NCBI GenBank assembly: GCA_964016885.1
Contig: OZ024741.1
Location: forward strand, 59,706,001-59,770,000
From: Eledone cirrhosa
Lineage: Eukaryota
Direction: 5' to 3'
DNA: 64,000 nt
Every line of letters begins with the position of its first letter. Within the stretch, counting starts at the first letter, position 1. A model generated the notes under the pieces. That model saw only the letters and a list, made by a program, of their open reading frames with translations, was not told where the DNA came from and did not search any database. Position numbers and translations under genes: made by a program. Below are positions 57,560 to 64,000 of this stretch, piece after piece.

Positions 57560-58140
57560 ATAATATAGATCAGTTTTATAAATAAATATTGACATACCCT
57601 TAAAGAATGCAAATTAAATTAAAGAATCCTTTATGTTTTGTGTGTATATATTACATACGTAATTAGATATGTATATATATTTTATAAGTGTGTATATATA
57701 TTTATATGTATGTTTTTTTGCGTGTGTATACGTGATATGTAATATATAGATCTTTAATAATATTTGGATTTCTTAATATATAGATCCCAATTTTTAAAAT
57801 ATTGATCTTAATATTTAAATGATTAACTAAACATCTAATCATATTTAAACAATGGTTAAATTTCTCATAATATATATGTATATTCCATTCATGATTATTA
57901 ACATTTCTAATTGTATTTATTCATTTCATCTCAATTGTTAAGTTAACTCAACAAGATATGACTTAGAGTTTTTTGTTCTCTCCCCTTCTCTATCTTTCTC
58001 TTTCTCCGTAACCCAACGGCTTATTTAAAAGATAAAAATATAATTAAAGCTACAACTCCACTATCCGGGAGCTTCCAACAGCAATGGTTGCATTCTTTAA
58101 GGGTATGTCAATATTTATTTATAAAATTGATCTATATTAT

Positions 58141-58203
58141 ATTTTATCTGATGAAAGCACACCATAATTTAACTTGGTGTCCTTGAAATGTGTATAATGA
58201 AAT
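58141..58203 (+). ncRNA. Minimal type I hammerhead (family A), right arm of an inverted pair
   Basis: ATTTTAT-CTGATGA-AAGCACACCA...TGGTGTCCTT-GAAATGTGTATA-ATGAAAT. Confidence 0.72.
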
Positions 58204-58243
58204 AAATATGGTTTTATAAATATAGTTTCCATTTGTTAATATC

Positions 58244-58563
<320 letters not shown>

Positions 58564-59290
58564 TAACTCATGTGTATAGAATCAATCAGATATTAAAATA
58601 TATACTATTTCTTCTTCTAATCAGCATAAATAACCATATACACAATCAAATCTAGCAAGCTTTAAGAATAAATTTTCTAACGGGTAAATCTCCGACAAAT
58701 AATTGATCGCAGCTAGTTCGCGGTAACTCCGTTCACTATTTATCAAACACTTCGGCAGCATGCAGAATCCGATGAAATATATCGTCAACCGCACGTAATT
58801 AGTAGTAAAATTAAACTTAGAAGAAATGCGCACATACCGTAATTAATCTCTACCATGGTTTCTTCCTTGTTTAGGACATCCAAATAATATGGATTTGCTT
58901 TGAGTCAGGAATCATCAGGAGACAAACTCAGAAATAGACATTTAATTTCTCAGACCGACCGCGCCAAATTTAGATTCAAAAATGGATATATATATATATA
59001 TATTTTATATAAATATTATTATATAAATATATAATAATATAGATGTATCAATATATTATAGAGCAAGAGTATAAAAATTGAACAAACATAAAAATTGTAA
59101 TGAACAATTATAATAAAAATATAATATTATATCCTAATTATTATTTTTCATTACAATTTTTATGTCTGTTCAATTTTTATACTCTTGCTCTATAATATAT
59201 TGATGTTAATGCCTATACTTAATCTTCTCACCGACAATGTATCCTACTAAATGTTCAAGTGAATAGGATTATATTTGTTTTAACCTTTAT

Positions 59291-59340
59291 ATGCTCTGAT
59301 GAATCTCAACTTATGTCTGGATGAAACGATTGTAAGTTAT
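59291..59340 (+). ncRNA. Minimal hammerhead-like motif
   Basis: GCT-CTGATGA-ATCT...GGAT-GAAACGATTGTA-AGT. Stem III resembles the ACGATCGT palindrome near 34403. Confidence 0.55.
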
Positions 59341-60375
59341 TAAATGTTTTAAACACCATTTGATTGTAACTTATGTTGTATTTCTGCTCTGTATTATACT
59401 TTATACCTTACATTGAGCTACTTTCTTACTGGTAATCGGGTAACATATAATATTACCCTTCTTTTATATATATTCTTATATATAAATATAATAATAATAA
59501 TAATTATTATTATATATATATATGTTATATAATTATACATATATATATACTACTAAAACTCTGTGATTGATTGCTTGTCTGTAATATATAATAACAGAAC
59601 ACACTCACTGTTTGGTTGGTTTTTGCTTCTGTATCTTTTATATCTCCATAGTTAATTTATTTGGCAATCAATGTTTATCATTGATTGACCAACGGTTAAA
59701 AATACAGATATAAATATATATATATAGTCTAACAAAGTTCTTTCGTCACACATCTGCGACATCATCAGTGGTACTATTATGTTTACTCCTATTGTATTAT
59801 AATGCTTACACCATTTTAATTTTCTTTCTTTCTTTCTTTCATTTTGTCTCTGTCTCTGTTTGCGCATGCGTTTGCATGTGTGTTTAATGTTTGGTGTGTG
59901 TGGCGTGTGTGTTTATGTTTGAGTGTATGTTTTTGTTTTTAGTGTTCACTAGTGTGTGTTTATATGTGTTTATTGTTATTGTACTTGTGTATATAATATA
60001 TTAATACATTAATACTTGTGTCTATAATATATTAATACATCTATATTATTATATATTTGAAAATTGACCGGTTAATACATTTTTCATACATCTATATTAT
60101 TATATATTTGAAACCACGTGTTTTCGAACTTGTGAGTACATTTTCCTTTAACTACAAATTATTATTATATACTTTCGTCTTTTCATTAACTTAATTAATT
60201 TCAAATAACCAGAATATACATATATATATATATATATACTCATATTTATATATATACGCTTCTCACTCACACACAAGAAAAACAAAAAACAAAAATAAAT
60301 CAAAAATAAATTTAAAAAAAAAAAAATATATATATTGAAACACTTAACTAAAACACACACACACTCAAAACTAGA

Positions 60376-61509
60376 ATGGCTAACCAGCAAAAATCCAAAC
60401 AGAACTGGTCTGATAATGAAATCGACATTCTAATAAACACATGGCATTGCCTTTCCCAAACTGAAGACATACATGCTTCATCTCTGAACGACATTGCTAA
60501 ACGTACTGTTCAATTTTTGAAAACTCGATCTGAACAACAGATTCAAAATAAATTAAAGCAAATCGAAATTGCTTTTAAATTAATCAATAAACATTTGGAT
60601 AAACTACGGTGTGTTTTCTCTTCGAATGCTGTCCAGCAGCAGCAACAACAACAACAGCAGCTACAGCAGCAACAACAACATCAACAACAGCAACAACAAC
60701 AACAACGACAACAACAGTGTGAACCACTCCTTGATTCATCAACAATGGCCGATCTACTAAATGAAACTATTGACCCCCCAGTAGCCTCTGTCTCACAGCA
60801 TGAAACGCCACATCCTTTCTCTGGCCCAGCAGTCCAATCATCACCACTGCCAACATCTCTGCCTACTACTACTACTACTACTACAACATTTTTGTCTACT
60901 GCTATGTCAAGGAATTTACCTTCTAATACCAGAACAAGAACTCTCCCTCCCACAGTCCACAAAGGTCGTCAAATCCTACCCAAACCATCATCTACACCTC
61001 TCACAACACCCACACCCACATACCCACCCACTCGAAACCCCATCATTTGCCGCTACTCTCTACGCTATAGAATATGTACGGATAGTGGCTGCAAATTCAC
61101 CCATTTACCTAGGACAAAACGATCTATCCCCACAAACAGCCACCACCATAATACATACTCTAATTTAACACCAACACAACCACCAATAACTCAAACAAGG
61201 AATCCACAAATCTGCCGTTTTTCCCTGCGAGACAGATTGTGTTTAGACCGGGATTGTCCCTTTACCCATCTCCCGGGGACCCGTCGGATAAATGAAAATA
61301 AAATAAAAAATAAAAGCAAAAACAAAAACCATAACCTACATAAAAATAACCACTACCACAGTCACCAACAGTCTTCTAAACAGGAAACTTCTTCCTCTTT
61401 TTTAGCCATAATGAATCTGGCAAAAGAACTGGAAAAAAACATTCGAGCTATCACCCAGCACCACCCTCCACTATCACCCCACTGCACAAACTCCCATTGC
61501 TGCCATTAA
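60376..61509 (+). CDS. LINE ORF1 protein: Myb/SANT-like N-terminus, polyQ, Pro/Thr-rich linker, two CCCH zinc fingers
   Basis: WSDNEIDILINTW...IA...RSEQQIQNKLKQI resembles the trihelix Myb consensus. CRYSLRYRICTDSGCKFTH and CRFSLRDRLCLDRDCPFTH are both C-x8-C-x4-C-x3-H. It lies directly upstream of ORF2. Confidence 0.85.
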   Translation: MANQQKSKQNWSDNEIDILINTWHCLSQTEDIHASSLNDIAKRTVQFLKTRSEQQIQNKLKQIEIAFKLINKHLDKLRCVFSSNAVQQQQQQQQQLQQQQQHQQQQQQQQRQQQCEPLLDSSTMADLLNETIDPPVASVSQHETPHPFSGPAVQSSPLPTSLPTTTTTTTTFLSTAMSRNLPSNTRTRTLPPTVHKGRQILPKPSSTPLTTPTPTYPPTRNPIICRYSLRYRICTDSGCKFTHLPRTKRSIPTNSHHHNTYSNLTPTQPPITQTRNPQICRFSLRDRLCLDRDCPFTHLPGTRRINENKIKNKSKNKNHNLHKNNHYHSHQQSSKQETSSSFLAIMNLAKELEKNIRAITQHHPPLSPHCTNSHCCH

Positions 61510-64000
61510 CAAACAAACAAATTAACAACACACCAAAACAATTAAAACCATCCACTCTCGCCTCTACATTTTTGCTTAACGCCCAAGGCATCAGCCCTTC
61601 CACCAATACTCAAAAATGGAAGATCAAATTCCTGGAGGACTGGATTGATGTCCATCCAAACCACATCCCTTTCTTCGTCCTCACTGAAACCCATCTCAGT
61701 AACCTCCACTTGGAAGCCGAGGTGAAAGTGAAAAATTTCAAAGCCATCCGTGCTGATCGCGCTGGCAGAAGAAAGGGCGGAACTGCCATTTATGTCCATA
61801 ATTCTTTCTCAACAGAGGCTATGAACATATTCACTAATGGATACTGTGAGGCAGTCACTGTATTCAGTCAAACCAACAACCTATTAGTAGTTGGGCTCTA
61901 TAGGCCACCCCAAACGCCTGTACCATGCTTCAAGGAATGCCTCAACAGCATAAAGTGTTTCATCCAAGAGTGTCACCCTGACAACATCTTAATGATGGGG
62001 GACTTCAACCTCCCCGGAGTTGACTGGTCCACAAACACCCTGCCACCGGGTTCTTCTGCCTCAACCTCTGACAGGGAAGCTGTGGAATCGCTTCTTGACT
62101 TCATGGATGATTTCTTCCTATCCCAACTAGTGCTCGAACCAACGAGGTGCCACAAAAACGTCCTAGACTTAATTTTCAGCAATCACACTGACAATATCCA
62201 CAATATTGCAGTGGAGAAAACTCTACTCTCTGATCATGACATGGTTCTCTGTGATCTGAGATTCCACCGTCCAATATACAAACCCAATGTCATCTCTCCT
62301 GTCCATCCGTTTGACGCTATGGATTTCCACAATGCAAACTGGGAAGCGATCAGTCATGATCTTGCACATGTCGACTGGTCCTTCACGCACATTCATACAC
62401 CCACTAACATCAAAAAGTCCTGGCAGACATTTGTGGACACTGTTACAAACACATGTGCTAAACACACCCCATTAAGAACTATAAACAAATCTAAGAGCAG
62501 AATCCCTAGAAATAGAAAAACGCTCATCAGAAAAATTAAGAGAACGAACAAAAAAATCAACAAGCTGAAATACTGTCAGCAGCAACACATCAACTTGACT
62601 GCCATTTCATCACTAGAGATTAAAAAACATAACCTCCAAAACAACATAATGTCCCTCATCAACAATCAGAGAAGAGCTGAAGAGGCCTGGGCCATTGAGA
62701 AGATCAAACTCAATCCCAAAGTGTTCTTTTCATTTGCAAAAAAACACAAAATCACTGGCTCTACTGTTGGCCCTCTAATTGATGAAAATGGCACTCTTCA
62801 AGACAATGCTAAAACCATGGGTGAGATACTGCAGAAACAATACTGCTCTGTTTTCAGCAATCCTGATATGGCCGATCTGGGCTGTATCGGCGATGTTACT
62901 CCCCATTACACCTTATCGGACATAACGTTTGGCGCCCCTGATGTCTTGGCGGCAATAAAGGAAATCAAGCATAATTCAGCAGTAGGTCCCGATAGGTTCC
63001 CTGCTTGTGTCTTGAAGGCGTGTCAACACCAACTTGCTTCTCCTCTTGCCAATCTGTGGCGGAACTCACTGGATGCTGGATATGTGCCAGAAAACCTTCT
63101 ATCCCAGTCTGTTGTCCCAGTTTTCAAAAAGGGAAACAAATCCCTTGCCGTGAATTACCGTCCAATCTCACTCACCTCTCATATCATTAAGGTATTTGAG
63201 CGAGTGGTGAGATCGCGAATGACCCACTTCCTTGAGAGTAACAATATGCTGAACTCCAACCAGCATGGATTCCGTAATGGAAGGGATTGCCTGACGCAAC
63301 TACTGCATCACTTTGATGACATTTTGAGAGCCTTGGGAGAGGGTTCCAACACTGATGTTATCTACCTTGATTTCAGCAAGGCCTTTGACAGGGTTGATCA
63401 TAACATTCTACTGAGAAAGCTGTCCAATATTGGTGTCACTGGAAAGCTGCTGCAGTGGATCAAGAGCTTCCTGTCAAACAGAACCCAACATGTTGTAGTT
63501 GAGGGAGTCAAATCAAGCCCAGCCAAAGTCAGTAGTGGAGTCCCACAAGGCACTGTGTTGGGCCCACTTCTCTTCATCATCTATATTAATGACATCACTG
63601 ACATCATCAAACACAGCAACATTAACATTTTCGCTGATGATTCCAAGCTCCAAAAGGTCATCAATGGCGTGGATGACCGGATAAGCCTTCAGTCAGACCT
63701 ACTGGCTGTTACCCAATGGGCAGAAAAGAACAACATGTTACTGAACGAAGACAAATTCGAACTGATCCACTTTGGAAAAGAGGATGCTCTGAAACTCCCG
63801 TACTCCCTTCCCTCCGGGGAAACTCTCGTGGCATCTAACAACATCAGAGACTTGGGAGTAACCGTGGACAGCAACATAAGCTGGACCACGCATATAAGCA
63901 GCAAAGTTGACATGGCCCGCAGAATGTGTTCCTGGATCCTCAGAACCTTCCAGTCGAGAGATTCCCGCACCATTATCCTTCTCTTCTCTACTTTCGCCCG
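61380..64000 (+). CDS. LINE ORF2: apurinic endonuclease + reverse transcriptase (partial, no stop seen in window)
   Basis: Manual translation after the TAA at 61377-61379 gives LLNAQG, LTETHL, DR..RKGGTAIYV, YRPP, GDFNLP, SDHD (APE), then YRPISLTS, QHGFRNGR, YLDFSKAFDRVDH, SGVPQGTVLGPLLF, FADD (RT). The ORF track lists no stop-terminated ORF in this frame. Confidence 0.92.

Larger units (their letters stand above)
60110..64000 (+). mobile_element. CR1-group non-LTR retrotransposon (ORF1 + APE-RT ORF2), apparently intact, continuing past the window end
   Basis: 377-aa ORF1 followed by a long open frame with APE and RT motifs. A sister copy lies at 43178-45015. The 5' boundary is approximate. 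Confidence 0.93.

Overview
Eukaryotic, very AT-rich, repeat-dominated non-coding DNA with dense (TA)n/(GA)n/(CA)n/(TATG)n microsatellites. The SINE and LINE repertoire suggests a mollusc, most likely an octopus (inference). I cannot support any intact host gene, and most short ORFs in the track are microsatellite artefacts. Recognisable content: two 5'-truncated Naiad-type Penelope-like elements (RT + GIY-YIG); a CR1-group LINE with apparently intact ORFs running off the 3' end, plus a truncated sister copy; an internally deleted Tigger/pogo transposon with both TIRs; a non-autonomous Helitron; fragments of CRE, R4-like, RTE and other Penelope-like elements; and two tRNA-derived SINE families. 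Two things stand out. (1) More than ten type I hammerhead-ribozyme-like motifs sit in short fold-back or tandem non-coding elements in TA tracts, probably Penelope pLTR-derived, one of them retrozyme-like. (2) The LINE has an ORF1 with Myb/SANT-like + polyQ + 2xCCCH architecture, and its ORF2 has no AUG before the APE domain and overlaps ORF1 in the -1 frame behind a U_UUU_UUA slippery site. All calls were made by eye; coordinates of degenerate elements are approximate.
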